Source: Spirochaetia bacterium
Lineage (GTDB): Bacteria > Spirochaetota > Spirochaetia > SP-2023
Direction: 5' to 3'
Length of the DNA: 64,000 nt
Assembly (NCBI GenBank): GCA_965225855.1
Contig: CBDDCK010000005.1
Span: 1,952,001-2,016,000 of the forward strand
Of this stretch, positions 9,124 to 19,271 are shown in pieces. Position 1 is the first letter of the stretch. The number at the start of each line of letters is the position of its first letter. The position numbers were made by a program, and so were the translations under genes. The notes under the pieces were generated by a model. The model searched no databases. It saw only the letters and a program-made list of their open reading frames with translations, and was not told where the DNA came from.

Positions 9124-11043
9124 ATGTATAAGCTCAAACTACTTTTATTGCCTGTAGCATTGCTACTGGCCTTTATGGCCTTGGCCTGCGCCCCACCCGA
9201 TGACGATGATCGATCTTCTGGGCCATCTTCTGGGCCGTCTATCAATAATGCCATCTACGACTTTGCTACGGCGCTGTTAACCGTACAAGGTACTGACTTA
9301 AGTCCTACAGAAGCCCAAATCCAAACCATCGTAGTAGATGGCGTAGCCTTAAGTTCCTATACTGCAGATGCCAAACCCACTGGGCCAGATAATAGCAATC
9401 TGGCAAAAGGTAAGTACCGTATGAAAAGCGATGGCACAGCGCTTTGGCTGAAACTTAAAGATGAACATAAAGCTGCTCTTGAGGCCAAGGTGGGTAGCAA
9501 TGGTCTAAAAAAAGGCTTGCTTAGCGTTAGCTCTGGTGCTTGGGCGGGTTTAGATACAGCCAAAGACTTAACCGTTAGCAATATACCCGATAAGCCATCT
9601 AAGCAAGCCAAACAGCAGTCGCCTAAGCAAGCTGAACAAGCTGAACAAGCCAAACAAGCTGAACAAGCCAAACAAGCTGAACAAGCCAAACAAGCTGAAC
9701 AAGCCAAACAAGCTGAACAAGCCGAACAAGCTGAACAAACCGAACAAGCTGAACAAGCCGAACAAGCCAAACAAGCTGAACAAGCCGAACAAGCTGAACA
9801 AGACGAACAAGTCGAACAAGTCGAACAAGTCGAACAAGCTGAAGATAAGCAGTCGCATGAACTACCCGAAGCCGAACAAACCGAAGAAGTCGAACAAGCT
9901 GAACAAGACGAACAAGCTGAAGAAACTGAAGAAGAGTCGCCTAAAGCTGCAATTACCGGTGCAACCTATGATGCTAATACAGGCTACTTAGAGATTACAG
10001 GTACTAATTTACCAGCAGCAGTTAGAGGCTGGGACTTTAGCAAATTGACGCTTGTATCCGGTGATGGTAACAAGAGATACCCATTACCCCGGCACTCAAC
10101 TATAGGTAGAAACACAGCCGCAGGTACTAGTCCAAGTGCAACAAGCTTAATGATTATTTTAAGAGGTACTGTAAAAGCCAAAGCCAATGCTATACTGGTT
10201 AACGATGGTGATAGTGATGATAATGGTGCATACAACCTGGAAGCAGCAGCAGGCTTTGCAGGTGGTAGCGCAGAAGACACAACCAATCCTATTACCGTTA
10301 GCGGGTATACAGCCAGCATCACCAGTGCAACCTACAATGCTAATACAGGCGAGTTATATATTAGTGGTATCAAGTTACCGAGAGCAGTTGCAGACTGGGA
10401 CTTTAGCAAATTGACGCTTGTATCCGGTGATGGTACTAGATACACACTACCCCGGCACGCAACTGAAGGTGTAAACAAAGCCACAGGTACTGTAGCAGGT
10501 GCAGCCTACTTAAGTATTACTTTAAGCGGTACTGTAAAAGCCAAAGCCAATGCTATACTGGTTAACGATGGTGATAGTGATGAGTTTGGCGCATACAACC
10601 TGGAAGCAGCAGCAGGATTTGTAGCTGGTAGCGAAGCAGACCCAACCACTGGTATTACAGTTAGTGGCTACACAAGCCAGATCAACTACGTAGTATACAG
10701 AATTCCTAGAAGCGTGTTAACTATTAGAGGTGTCAGGTTACCGAGAGCAGTTGCAGACTGGGACTTTAGCAAATTGACGCTTGTATCCGGTGATGGTAAG
10801 AAGAGATACACATTACCCCGGCACGCAACTGAAGGTGTAAACAAAGCCACAGGTTCTAGTGCAAGTGCAACAGGCATATCTATTACTTTAAGCGGTAGTG
10901 TAAAAGCCAAAGTCGAGGCTATACTGGTTAAGGTTGGTGATAGTGATAATAATGGTGCATACAACCTGGAAGCAGCAGCAGAATTTGTATCTGGTAGTAC
11001 AGAAGACCTAACCAATGCTATTACAGTTTTGAATTTTAAGTAG
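9124..11043 (+). CDS. Modular surface lipoprotein, paralog 1 (module A - EQA/KQA linker - B - B - B)
   Basis: GGAGG RBS at 9111 and ATG at 9124 (ORF track starts at 9088); signal MYKLKLLLLPVALLLAFMALA-C; three ~120-aa beta-rich repeats with WDFSKLTLVSGDG and YNLEAAAGF. Confidence 0.85.
   Translation: MYKLKLLLLPVALLLAFMALACAPPDDDDRSSGPSSGPSINNAIYDFATALLTVQGTDLSPTEAQIQTIVVDGVALSSYTADAKPTGPDNSNLAKGKYRMKSDGTALWLKLKDEHKAALEAKVGSNGLKKGLLSVSSGAWAGLDTAKDLTVSNIPDKPSKQAKQQSPKQAEQAEQAKQAEQAKQAEQAKQAEQAKQAEQAEQAEQTEQAEQAEQAKQAEQAEQAEQDEQVEQVEQVEQAEDKQSHELPEAEQTEEVEQAEQDEQAEETEEESPKAAITGATYDANTGYLEITGTNLPAAVRGWDFSKLTLVSGDGNKRYPLPRHSTIGRNTAAGTSPSATSLMIILRGTVKAKANAILVNDGDSDDNGAYNLEAAAGFAGGSAEDTTNPITVSGYTASITSATYNANTGELYISGIKLPRAVADWDFSKLTLVSGDGTRYTLPRHATEGVNKATGTVAGAAYLSITLSGTVKAKANAILVNDGDSDEFGAYNLEAAAGFVAGSEADPTTGITVSGYTSQINYVVYRIPRSVLTIRGVRLPRAVADWDFSKLTLVSGDGKKRYTLPRHATEGVNKATGSSASATGISITLSGSVKAKVEAILVKVGDSDNNGAYNLEAAAEFVSGSTEDLTNAITVLNFK
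9628..9935 (+). repeat. In-frame 9-bp tandem repeat (CAAGCTGAA/CAAGCCAAA family) encoding an EQA/KQA linker
   Basis: About 24 contiguous 9-bp units at 9628-9843 plus a degenerate continuation. Confidence 0.95.
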
Positions 11044-11110
11044 GGTTTGGTTGTTGCGGTAAGCAAGGCTTGGTTGGCCTATTGTTAGCCATTAGACAAT
11101 ATTCTTAGTC

Positions 11111-11155
11111 GGCAAGCAAGGTTTGGTCTTTAGGCCAAACTTTGCTTGCCTTTTT
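11111..11155 (+). terminator. Intrinsic terminator between lipoprotein 1 and convergent glyQS
   Basis: GGCAAGCAAGGTTTGGTCT-TT-AGGCCAAACTTTGCTTGCC followed by TTTTT. Confidence 0.75.
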
Positions 11156-11242
11156 GGTGGTACTATGGCTAGCAAGTCGTTTCATTTTGCTTGCAACGTT
11201 TGCGCCGTTACAGTTATCTCCTTGGGATTTTTGCATAATAGA

Positions 11243-12634
11243 CTATGTGGTTGGATATGCCCTACTTTCTTTATGGATAATTTCAGCAACTTTTGAAAGT
11301 GGAATGCGTGATTGTTGCATCGTATCGCGAAAGCGCAGAGTAACGCATTGGTCGGTTTTGGTCTCTGGGTCAACGGTTAAGCAAAACGGTGTGCCAATTT
11401 CGTCCATGCGGCGATAGCGTTTGCCAATAGAACCTTGCTGGTCATAAAACACGTTATAGTCTTCTAGCTCTTTTTTTAGTTTACTTGCGATTTCAGGAAG
11501 GCCGTCTTTGTTCATCAATGGCAGTATGGCTAGGCGGTAGGGTGCTAGATTGGGATGGAAGCGCAGCACGGTGCGAGAATCTCCATTCTCTAAAGTTTGT
11601 TCACGATAAGCATCCAACAGGGTTACCAACACAGCACGAGTTAAGCCAGTAGACGTTTCAATCACATAGGGTATGTAGCGTTCTTGAGTTTGAGGGTCAA
11701 GGTATTGGATTTCCTTTCCACAAAATTCACCGTGGCGAGTTAGGTCATAGTCAGTGCGAGAATGGATACCTTCCATCTCTTCCCAGCCATGGGGATAGTG
11801 GTATTGTATGTCGCAAGCACCTTTGGCATAGTGGGCTAACTCATCGGGGCCGTGGGCTTCAAAGCGGAGGTTTTCAGCGCGTATGCCCATTTTTTCAGTG
11901 TACCAGCGCAAGCGTTTCTCTTTCCAAACAGCAAATTGTTGATCTTCTGTGCCCGGCTTCACGAAGTATTGCATCTCCATTTGCTCAAACTCACAGGTGC
12001 GGAATATAAAGTTGCGTGTGGTAATTTCATTGCGAAAGGCTTTGCCTACTTGGGCAATACCAAAGGGGATTGCTAGACGATTGGTGTCTACCACGTTTTT
12101 AAAGTTGACGAAAATCCCTTGGGCGGTTTCTGGACGCAAGTACAATTGCATTCCCGAACTTTCTACAGGCCCTAAGGTTGTGCTAAACATTAGGTTAAAG
12201 TTTCGTGGTTCTGTGAGCTCTCCACTGCAAGATGGACATTTGCGCCTCGCAATGATTTCTGGCTTTAAGTGGTCAGCTCGGTAGCGCGTCTTGCAGAGTT
12301 TGCAGTCGACTAACGGGTCACTAAAGTTGTCAACATGGCCAGAAGCTTCCCAAGTACGCGGGTGCATCAATATGGCTGCATCCAGCCCAATGATGTTTTC
12401 ATGGTGGCGTGTCATCTGATTCCACCAAAGGTTGTGGATATTTCTCTTTAGCTCTACCCCTAAAGGTCCATAGTCCCAAGTGGCACTCAAACCGCCATAG
12501 ATTTCACTAGATGGGTAGACAAAACCCCTACGTTTACATAGTGCCACTATTTTATCCATGCTGGCACCGTCTTGATTCGCTACTTTGTGGGTGTTGTCTG
12601 CTTTGTTTTTTGCCATAATTTCGCTGTTCTCCAA
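11243..12634 (-). CDS. glyQS: Glycine--tRNA ligase (alpha2, eukaryote/archaea-type)
   Basis: LCKRRGFVYPSSEIYGG, YLRPETAQGIF, FIFRTCEFEQME, GSIGKRYRRMDEIGTP. Confidence 0.97.
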   Translation of the reverse strand: MENSEIMAKNKADNTHKVANQDGASMDKIVALCKRRGFVYPSSEIYGGLSATWDYGPLGVELKRNIHNLWWNQMTRHHENIIGLDAAILMHPRTWEASGHVDNFSDPLVDCKLCKTRYRADHLKPEIIARRKCPSCSGELTEPRNFNLMFSTTLGPVESSGMQLYLRPETAQGIFVNFKNVVDTNRLAIPFGIAQVGKAFRNEITTRNFIFRTCEFEQMEMQYFVKPGTEDQQFAVWKEKRLRWYTEKMGIRAENLRFEAHGPDELAHYAKGACDIQYHYPHGWEEMEGIHSRTDYDLTRHGEFCGKEIQYLDPQTQERYIPYVIETSTGLTRAVLVTLLDAYREQTLENGDSRTVLRFHPNLAPYRLAILPLMNKDGLPEIASKLKKELEDYNVFYDQQGSIGKRYRRMDEIGTPFCLTVDPETKTDQCVTLRFRDTMQQSRIPLSKVAEIIHKESRAYPTT

Positions 12635-12728
12635 TTATTTTTTCATTGCTTTGTGGGGCGAGAACCCCAGTTTTTTGCTTTGTTTGTCGTGGTGCTTTGG
12701 TTTTCCTATCGGTGGCTTACTGTGCCAT

Positions 12729-13169
12729 TCACTTGGAAAACAAGGCCCAGAGTTTATACGATAAGGGCTTGTTCGCCAAGACATACAGGCTTTGATTCGT
12801 TGCTTTATGGGGGTTGTCTGCTGTTGTTTTAGCCATAATTTTGTGGTCTTCAGAGATGGCAAAGCTGCGCCAATAGTATTGGCTTTCGTGCTTTGAGCCT
12901 TCCGATATGCGCTCTCTATTGAATATATCGTAGCGGCCTTGGAAGTTTTGGGCGGCAGCTTCCTCTTTGACTATGGCTTTCTTAGGGGGTGGTTCTGTTG
13001 CTATCGCAGCTTGCTTTGCTACGGTTGGGGCAGCTGAAACCAACGTTTCCGTTTCTATTATGGGTGCTACTTGAATGTTTTTGGTTTGGACGCAGCCTAG
13101 CATTGTCGCCAAGCTAAGGCAGCTGAAAAGGGCAAAGGCAGCAAAGGCCTTGATGGTTTGTACAGGCAT
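12729..13169 (-). CDS. Hypothetical lipoprotein
   Basis: Hydrophobic signal ending MLG-C; co-oriented upstream of glyQS. Confidence 0.55.
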   Translation of the reverse strand: MPVQTIKAFAAFALFSCLSLATMLGCVQTKNIQVAPIIETETLVSAAPTVAKQAAIATEPPPKKAIVKEEAAAQNFQGRYDIFNRERISEGSKHESQYYWRSFAISEDHKIMAKTTADNPHKATNQSLYVLANKPLSYKLWALFSK

Positions 13170-13728
13170 ATTCTATGTTATCGGCAAATTATTGCGCTTG
13201 ATTACCATGATAATGATGTTGTTTGCAGCTCCTAGTTGCTGCCAAGGTAGCCTCCGACAAAATGGGCTTTTAATGGGAGAATCACGGGCCTTGCTAGCAA
13301 ATAAAACCCAAGCAATGCTTGTTTTCCCGCAATAATCCACCTGTGTCTCTATGATTTTAAATGCCTTTATTTTCGTAAACTTATTGAATTGTCATCGCTA
13401 TCGAATCAATTTATCATCGGTGTTTGGTCTATGTATCGTTGATTGGTACTTAGATTATCTGTGATAGTCGAAGGTGTTGATTGCGGTTATTGCCTTGGTT
13501 ACCACTATATTTCATGTTGTCAAAGGTCGGGGTTCGCTGGGTATATCGCAGTATTTTGAGTGCTGGAAAATCTATTTTTACGGCAAATTAGGCCGTATAT
13601 GCTAGCCATAAAAGGGAAAGTTCACTAGAATCCGCTGCGACAGCCTGCCTTTACCAAGCTCGTATGCAATGTGCATGTAGTGGATTGGGGGCTGATTATC
13701 TTATTTTACAGGAGGCATAATTCTCAAT

Positions 13729-14433
13729 ATGCAAACTCTTAAACACATATCAAGCTACCTTGCTGTAGCAAGCCTAGGCTTTCTTTCTGCCTGTGCTTCG
13801 GTGCAAATAACCAAAGTAAAGCCGCCGCAAAACCTCGCTGATAAGCCCGTACTACAGCTAGAAACATCGGGCGGCTTGTTGGGTGGCTTGGGCAGTAAGG
13901 GCGACTTTACCCTCGGCTCTAACTATAGTGGCTCTTTTAAACGCTTGGCTTCCAAAAATGCTTTAGGCCGATTAAGCGGCTCTAGAAGCGAACTAACAGC
14001 CACTATCATCAACAAAGGCACGGGCCAAGAATACCAATTAAACTGCGCTAGTGGCAGTGTTGAAATCGATGGTCCTGTTGGCCTTAAAGTCCAAGAAAAC
14101 TTTACCTGTTCGATTGATTTGAATGGACAACAGGTTGGCAACTATGAGATTGCCGAAGCCGATGGCGGTATTATGGGCCCCCAAGGTGCGGTGAAAGGCG
14201 GCATTCAAATCGGCGATGTCCAGTATAGCTTGTTTTCGGTTCATCAAGCAGAAGGTATGCTGATACCTAGCGAGAAACCACTGGGTTATATCATCAAAAA
14301 GCATGATACTGCGGTGGCAGTTATCCAAGTGCAAGGAGCTAAGTTTTCGCTACAGCCCGACACTCTTGCCGATAAAGAAACCGATGCTCTGGTAATTGCC
14401 ACGATTGCCAGTACACTGCGCATTGCCAATTAA
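13729..14433 (+). CDS. Hypothetical lipoprotein
   Basis: AGGAGG RBS; signal ending LSA-C; 234-aa open frame. Confidence 0.75.
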   Translation: MQTLKHISSYLAVASLGFLSACASVQITKVKPPQNLADKPVLQLETSGGLLGGLGSKGDFTLGSNYSGSFKRLASKNALGRLSGSRSELTATIINKGTGQEYQLNCASGSVEIDGPVGLKVQENFTCSIDLNGQQVGNYEIAEADGGIMGPQGAVKGGIQIGDVQYSLFSVHQAEGMLIPSEKPLGYIIKKHDTAVAVIQVQGAKFSLQPDTLADKETDALVIATIASTLRIAN

Positions 14434-14552
14434 GTCGAAAGTTTAGCGCAGACTCTCTGTGTTGTTTGTTCGCGCTCTTTGGTTGGCAAAGGGATTATTT
14501 GCGATTATCGATCAGGCAGTCTGTGATTCAAAACTAGATTATCCATGATTCT

Positions 14553-14580
14553 AGGCCAGCTTGTCGCTGGCCTTTTGTTT
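14553..14580 (+). terminator. Intrinsic terminator
   Basis: AGGCCAGC-TTGTC-GCTGGCCT followed by TTTGTTT, between convergent genes. Confidence 0.65.
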
Positions 14581-14637
14581 GACCATCGCCGATAGCAACG
14601 CCGGCAACCGGCTACTGTGGCCGGTGATTGTTTGGGC

Positions 14638-16905
14638 TTAGGCGTCTAAACTGCCTTGGCCTAGTAGGGCTTTACGCAGAGTTTGGTGTTGGGCTTGTAG
14701 CAAAGCATAGTCGTTATTCAATAACTCTATAGCATCTAAGCGGGCACGTTCGAGTATTTCCAAGTCGTCTGGAATCTTGGCAATGCGCAATTCCATACTG
14801 CCAGACTGTTGATTTCCAAGCAGATCGCCGGGGCCTCGTAGCTTTAAATCTTTCTCGGCAATCGCAAAACCATCACTACAATCCTTTAGGGTCAGCAGGC
14901 GTTCTTTGGCCAAAGTGCTAAGCCCTGCTTCTTGATATACTAGAAAGCTGTAGCCTTGATCGTGGCCTCGGCCCACGCGACCGCGCAATTGGTGGAGCTG
15001 GGCTAAGCCAAAGCGTTCGGCATGTTCGATGACAATCACGCTGGCATTCGGCACATCAACCCCCACTTCTACCACAGTCGTTGCCAATAGGATTTGCACT
15101 TCATTCGCGCGAAACGCTTCCATAGCGGCATCTTTTTGACTTTGTGTCATCTGGCCATGCACGATAGCTAGCTTATAAGTACTAAAGATTTGCTGTAATT
15201 GTTGCTGCATTTGTTCAATACTGCGCAAGGGCTGGGCCTGGTTATTGGCCGATTCTGCTTGCCACTCTGCAGGAGATTCGCCTTCGGTATTAGCGCTAAT
15301 CAACGGGTAAATAAAGTATACTTGGCGGCCAGCACCCAGCTCTTGCTGGATAAAAGCATACATTTTTGAGTCGTTCCCTTGACGTACTAGGTGGGTCTTT
15401 ATGCTTTTGCGATCGTTAGGCATGGTGGTTATGGAAGAGATTTCCAAGTCCCCATACAGGGTAAGTGCTAGAGTCCGAGGGATAGGAGTTGCGCTCATCA
15501 ACAGCAGATGCGGCGGTTGCGGGGCTTTATGTTTGAGGGCTAGGCGTTGTGCTACACCGAAACGGTGCTGTTCATCAACAATGATGTAGCGCAAATTGGC
15601 AAACTCAACAGCTTGCGAAAACAGGGCATGGGTGCCGACTAGCAGGCGGATTTCCCCCGTACTCAATTGGCGTAGGACTTGTTTGCGCTTGGCTCCAGTA
15701 ACTGAACCCGATAAAAAGCCGGTTTGCCCTAAGCTTTGCCTTACTTGGGCCGTTGCTTGTAAAAAGTGCTCTTTGCTCGATTCTTCTAAGCTTTGGCGCA
15801 GTGCTTCAAAGTTATGCAGCAGCTGTCGTGCCAAGATTTCCGTAGGAGCCATTAACACAACTTGTGCACCTTGCTCTAGCCAAGGCAGGGTACTGAGCAA
15901 GGCTACTATGGTTTTGCCCGAGCCAACATCACCTTGCAGCAGGCGATTCATCGGCACATCGAGGGTGAAACTGTGCAATATTTGCTCTAAGGCACTGTGC
16001 TGTCCTGGGCTCAATTCAAATGGCAAGCTGTTTTGAGCTTGGCGTAATAGAGTGCCTGTGTCTTGCAGACAAAAGCCCAAAGTCGCTTGCTTTTGCAAGC
16101 CACGATGCTGCTCTAAGCGCCGTCTCTGGATTAGTAACATGATGATCAGCAGTTCTTCATAGACTAAACTACGGTGGGCTTGGGCTAGATTGTCTGTGCT
16201 TTCGGGGAAATGTATCTGGCACAGTGCGTCCTTCTTTGGCAGTAAATTGTGTTTGTGTTGCAAGTATGTGGGCAGCTCATCTTCAATGGCAAAACTAAAA
16301 TGTTGCAGAGCTTGGGCCATGGCACTGCGCAATTGCTTTTGACTTAGCCCTTGGCCTAGGGGGTAAACTGGTAGTAGGCAGGCAAATTCACTGCCGTTAT
16401 AGCCACCAATTGCTAGTGCTTGTGCTGCCTTTTTTCTATTAGAGTTAGGGGATTTATCTGCGACATTGGGTTTTGCCATCGGCTCTACTTCAAAGGTAAA
16501 GCTACTACTTTGTAGTTGGTTATAGCGGATTTGGAACTTGCCTGCCACATGGATTTGTCTGCCGACTGCCAGTTGTTGGGCCAAGAAGTTGCGGCCAAAG
16601 CACAGCAAGCTCGCCGATAATTGCTCATCAGATACAATAACTTTTAAGGCATTGTTTGCGCCTCGCCAATGGATATATTGGTGCTCTACTATCTTAACGC
16701 GGGTATAAAAGTAGCCTTCCTTGTGGCTTACGCTTTGGTAAATCTGCATTAGGCTACAAGGTTCTAGGTGATCGAGATAGCGGAAAGGGTAGTGTTGCAG
16801 CAGATCACCAATCTGTTGTATCTGCAAACGGCCCAGATTCTCACAGGCTTTTGTACCAAGACCTTTCAGTTGAGCTACATTTTGATGCAAATCTTTTAGT
16901 AGCAA
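14638..16905 (-). CDS. recG: ATP-dependent DNA helicase RecG
   Basis: RLLQGDVGSGKT, DEQHRFGVAQR, MSATPIPRTL, HAERFGLAQLHQLRGRVGRG, DLKLRGPG. Confidence 0.97.
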   Translation of the reverse strand: MLLKDLHQNVAQLKGLGTKACENLGRLQIQQIGDLLQHYPFRYLDHLEPCSLMQIYQSVSHKEGYFYTRVKIVEHQYIHWRGANNALKVIVSDEQLSASLLCFGRNFLAQQLAVGRQIHVAGKFQIRYNQLQSSSFTFEVEPMAKPNVADKSPNSNRKKAAQALAIGGYNGSEFACLLPVYPLGQGLSQKQLRSAMAQALQHFSFAIEDELPTYLQHKHNLLPKKDALCQIHFPESTDNLAQAHRSLVYEELLIIMLLIQRRRLEQHRGLQKQATLGFCLQDTGTLLRQAQNSLPFELSPGQHSALEQILHSFTLDVPMNRLLQGDVGSGKTIVALLSTLPWLEQGAQVVLMAPTEILARQLLHNFEALRQSLEESSKEHFLQATAQVRQSLGQTGFLSGSVTGAKRKQVLRQLSTGEIRLLVGTHALFSQAVEFANLRYIIVDEQHRFGVAQRLALKHKAPQPPHLLLMSATPIPRTLALTLYGDLEISSITTMPNDRKSIKTHLVRQGNDSKMYAFIQQELGAGRQVYFIYPLISANTEGESPAEWQAESANNQAQPLRSIEQMQQQLQQIFSTYKLAIVHGQMTQSQKDAAMEAFRANEVQILLATTVVEVGVDVPNASVIVIEHAERFGLAQLHQLRGRVGRGHDQGYSFLVYQEAGLSTLAKERLLTLKDCSDGFAIAEKDLKLRGPGDLLGNQQSGSMELRIAKIPDDLEILERARLDAIELLNNDYALLQAQHQTLRKALLGQGSLDA

Positions 16906-16924
16906 AAGGGGCCTTCCTTCTTCG

Positions 16925-17575
16925 TTAAATTCTGGTCAAGACAGAAAGAAGCAAACCGTTTAGCCACAATGTTGCTAGGCTTAGTAGATAAATCGCCAGT
17001 GATGTAATGGCGAGTAATGCGGTGATTTGCATGGTGATCTTGCTGCGCTGCATGTTGAGGAAGCGAAGCGGGCCGTTGATTAATTTGCCGATCCAGACAT
17101 CAATATGGCTTATAGCTAGATTGTATTTGTTGCTAAACAAAGCGCTACAGAGACGGAAAAACAGCAGTAAAGCACAAACAATCAATAGAGTTTGTACCAT
17201 CGAAACGATGAATGTCAAAAACTGAAAAACCATGCTTAGGAATACGACTCCAAAGGGTGCGCTTTGGGTTGCACGCAAAGAGCCGATGAACCTCTGCAAC
17301 AAACTAATGCTAAATAGTGCAAAGATGGGGGATAAGTCGATGATTCCACCGATGACTGTAAATGGCAAACGGCGGAAGAATCGCAAGAAAGGGTCGGTGA
17401 CCAAGCAGAGCCAGTAACCAAGGGTGTGTGTTTCTAAGGTATAACTATTGACAATCCAAGAGAGTATAATGCGGGCAATCAATAGGTAATAATAGGCACT
17501 TAGCAATAAGTTTAGTAAAGCAAATATTTGGGAAGCGAGCATAGAGGCAATGAGCATAGTATAAACACCAATCAA
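16925..17575 (-). CDS. YggT family membrane protein
   Basis: ARIILSW...TDPFLRFFRR...IDLSPIFAL. Confidence 0.85.
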   Translation of the reverse strand: MIGVYTMLIASMLASQIFALLNLLLSAYYYLLIARIILSWIVNSYTLETHTLGYWLCLVTDPFLRFFRRLPFTVIGGIIDLSPIFALFSISLLQRFIGSLRATQSAPFGVVFLSMVFQFLTFIVSMVQTLLIVCALLLFFRLCSALFSNKYNLAISHIDVWIGKLINGPLRFLNMQRSKITMQITALLAITSLAIYLLSLATLWLNGLLLSVLTRI

Positions 17576-17615
17576 ACTTTATCGAAATGTAAGGGGGATC
17601 ACTGCAATAAGAATA

Positions 17616-19052
17616 TTACAATTTCTCTATCAACATAGAGCATTTACCAGAAGGAATGGGTAAAGTCTTTCTTTTATAGTTCAAAATATCAACGGTAAAA
17701 TAGTAAAGTTTCTCCGATTCCAAGCGGATTTCCCAGCCACGAAAGGTTTTGCGTGTCTGAATGGAAATAACGTTGCGCCTCAATGATAGGTTGCGTATAC
17801 CCATTTCTTCTATATTGGGAATCACCCAGTCCACCGTTTTACGTGGTAGACTAATATTCAAGCCTAAAATGGTTTCAATGAACAGATTCACCGTAATTAG
17901 AGACGTCATATGTGCATAGCCACCCTGTGCACACATAAAGTTGCCGCTGTTATCTGGGCTTGGCATCAGTGCCGGTTTGTTTTCATAGGGCATGTAGGCC
18001 TGCCAAAAATCATGCTGATATTCACTTTCGAGAAAGTATGTATCCAAGATATGGTACATATGCATAATGGCAAATTCACGGGCCTGACGATGGTATTGGT
18101 AGGCTTCTAGCCCTTTTATAATAACAAAATTCAATGCAGGCATAACCGAACCATAGCAGCCACGGCCTTCCGCACTGAAGTCCGGATGATGTTGGGCCAA
18201 AGAGGGGAAGGGGTTTTCTGAACCAAACCACTCTGGGGTTCTCAATTTGCTCATCATTCGTTCTAAACGTTCTTCGTTTAACACATCACAAAGTAGCAGC
18301 CAATAACTACATAAGGTTGCACTGCCAATCATTTTTCCTTTTCTATCCAAATCGTAGAAAAAATTAGTATTAGGGTTCCACATTTGGTTCATGATCCGTG
18401 TTTTTAACGAAAAGTAATATTTGCGATAGCGGAAGGCAATTTCTTTATCATTGAGCAAATCGCCAATGATGGCCATATAATAGGCATTGAGTAGTTGTTG
18501 GGCATTAAAATCAATTAGGTAAACAGCGTTATCTTGTTGACGAGCCGAGTTTTGCCAACCGACTGCAGCTAGGGGGGCTTTTAACAAACCTAATTTTTTA
18601 TCGTAAAATTGGGCATCAATCCACTCAAAATATTTTTCCAAAACTGGAAAAATATTTTGAATACGTTTTTTCATACCAACTTTGTGATAAAAATGGTACT
18701 CAATCCAGGAAAATAACGGAGGATTGACATTTTCTGGATTCCCTTCTTGTGGAATAACTTCACCGCTTTGAAAGTCATAATTAGCCCGAATGGCCCCATC
18801 TTCTTCTTGAAACTGGTAAAAATAATCAATTTGCTGAATGGCCAGTAGAGGTTTTTCCTGATATACCAGAGAGAAAGCAAACATAGTTGTTTCAAATTGA
18901 TTTAACACACTAGAATTGGATTTATGAAATAAAAAAGATTTTGGTTCATCTGGGTCTGTGTACCAAAATTTTTCCAGTTTTAGCCAAGTTTTTTGATAAC
19001 CTTGAATAAAGTCCTGATCGTAATAGATCAATTTGGGGAAATCTATATCCAC
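17616..19052 (-). CDS. MGH1/trehalase-like (alpha/alpha)6 glycoside hydrolase
   Basis: NPPLFSWIEY, MWN..FFYDLD, FGSENPFPSL, GSVMPALNFVIIKGLE; family common in spirochaetes. Confidence 0.75.
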   Translation of the reverse strand: MDIDFPKLIYYDQDFIQGYQKTWLKLEKFWYTDPDEPKSFLFHKSNSSVLNQFETTMFAFSLVYQEKPLLAIQQIDYFYQFQEEDGAIRANYDFQSGEVIPQEGNPENVNPPLFSWIEYHFYHKVGMKKRIQNIFPVLEKYFEWIDAQFYDKKLGLLKAPLAAVGWQNSARQQDNAVYLIDFNAQQLLNAYYMAIIGDLLNDKEIAFRYRKYYFSLKTRIMNQMWNPNTNFFYDLDRKGKMIGSATLCSYWLLLCDVLNEERLERMMSKLRTPEWFGSENPFPSLAQHHPDFSAEGRGCYGSVMPALNFVIIKGLEAYQYHRQAREFAIMHMYHILDTYFLESEYQHDFWQAYMPYENKPALMPSPDNSGNFMCAQGGYAHMTSLITVNLFIETILGLNISLPRKTVDWVIPNIEEMGIRNLSLRRNVISIQTRKTFRGWEIRLESEKLYYFTVDILNYKRKTLPIPSGKCSMLIEKL

Positions 19053-19271
19053 AAAATATCTCCTAAATTAAGGGAAGCTATCTCTAATCTATTGGAACAC
19101 GAGTTAAAGTAAATAGCCCAACGCAATAATCAAGAATCGGCCAAATGGCTAGAAAGCCCAACCGCAAATTTTACGAAAATGCCTGATTGATAAAAAATTG
19201 GAGTAGTTAAATATGCGTATGCCTACTATATTCATTCAACGGTCTTGTATCTTTTATTATTTTGGTGAACA

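Noticed and set aside
9357..9858. Minus-strand ORFs 9357-9770 and 9568-9858 (ACS/LFG repeats) and equivalents in paralogs 2 and 3
   Set aside because: Shadow frames of the 9-bp repeat in the lipoprotein gene
9124..11043. Diversity-generating retroelement acting on the lipoproteins
   Set aside because: No reverse transcriptase in the window; differences between modules include indels and are not confined to adenines
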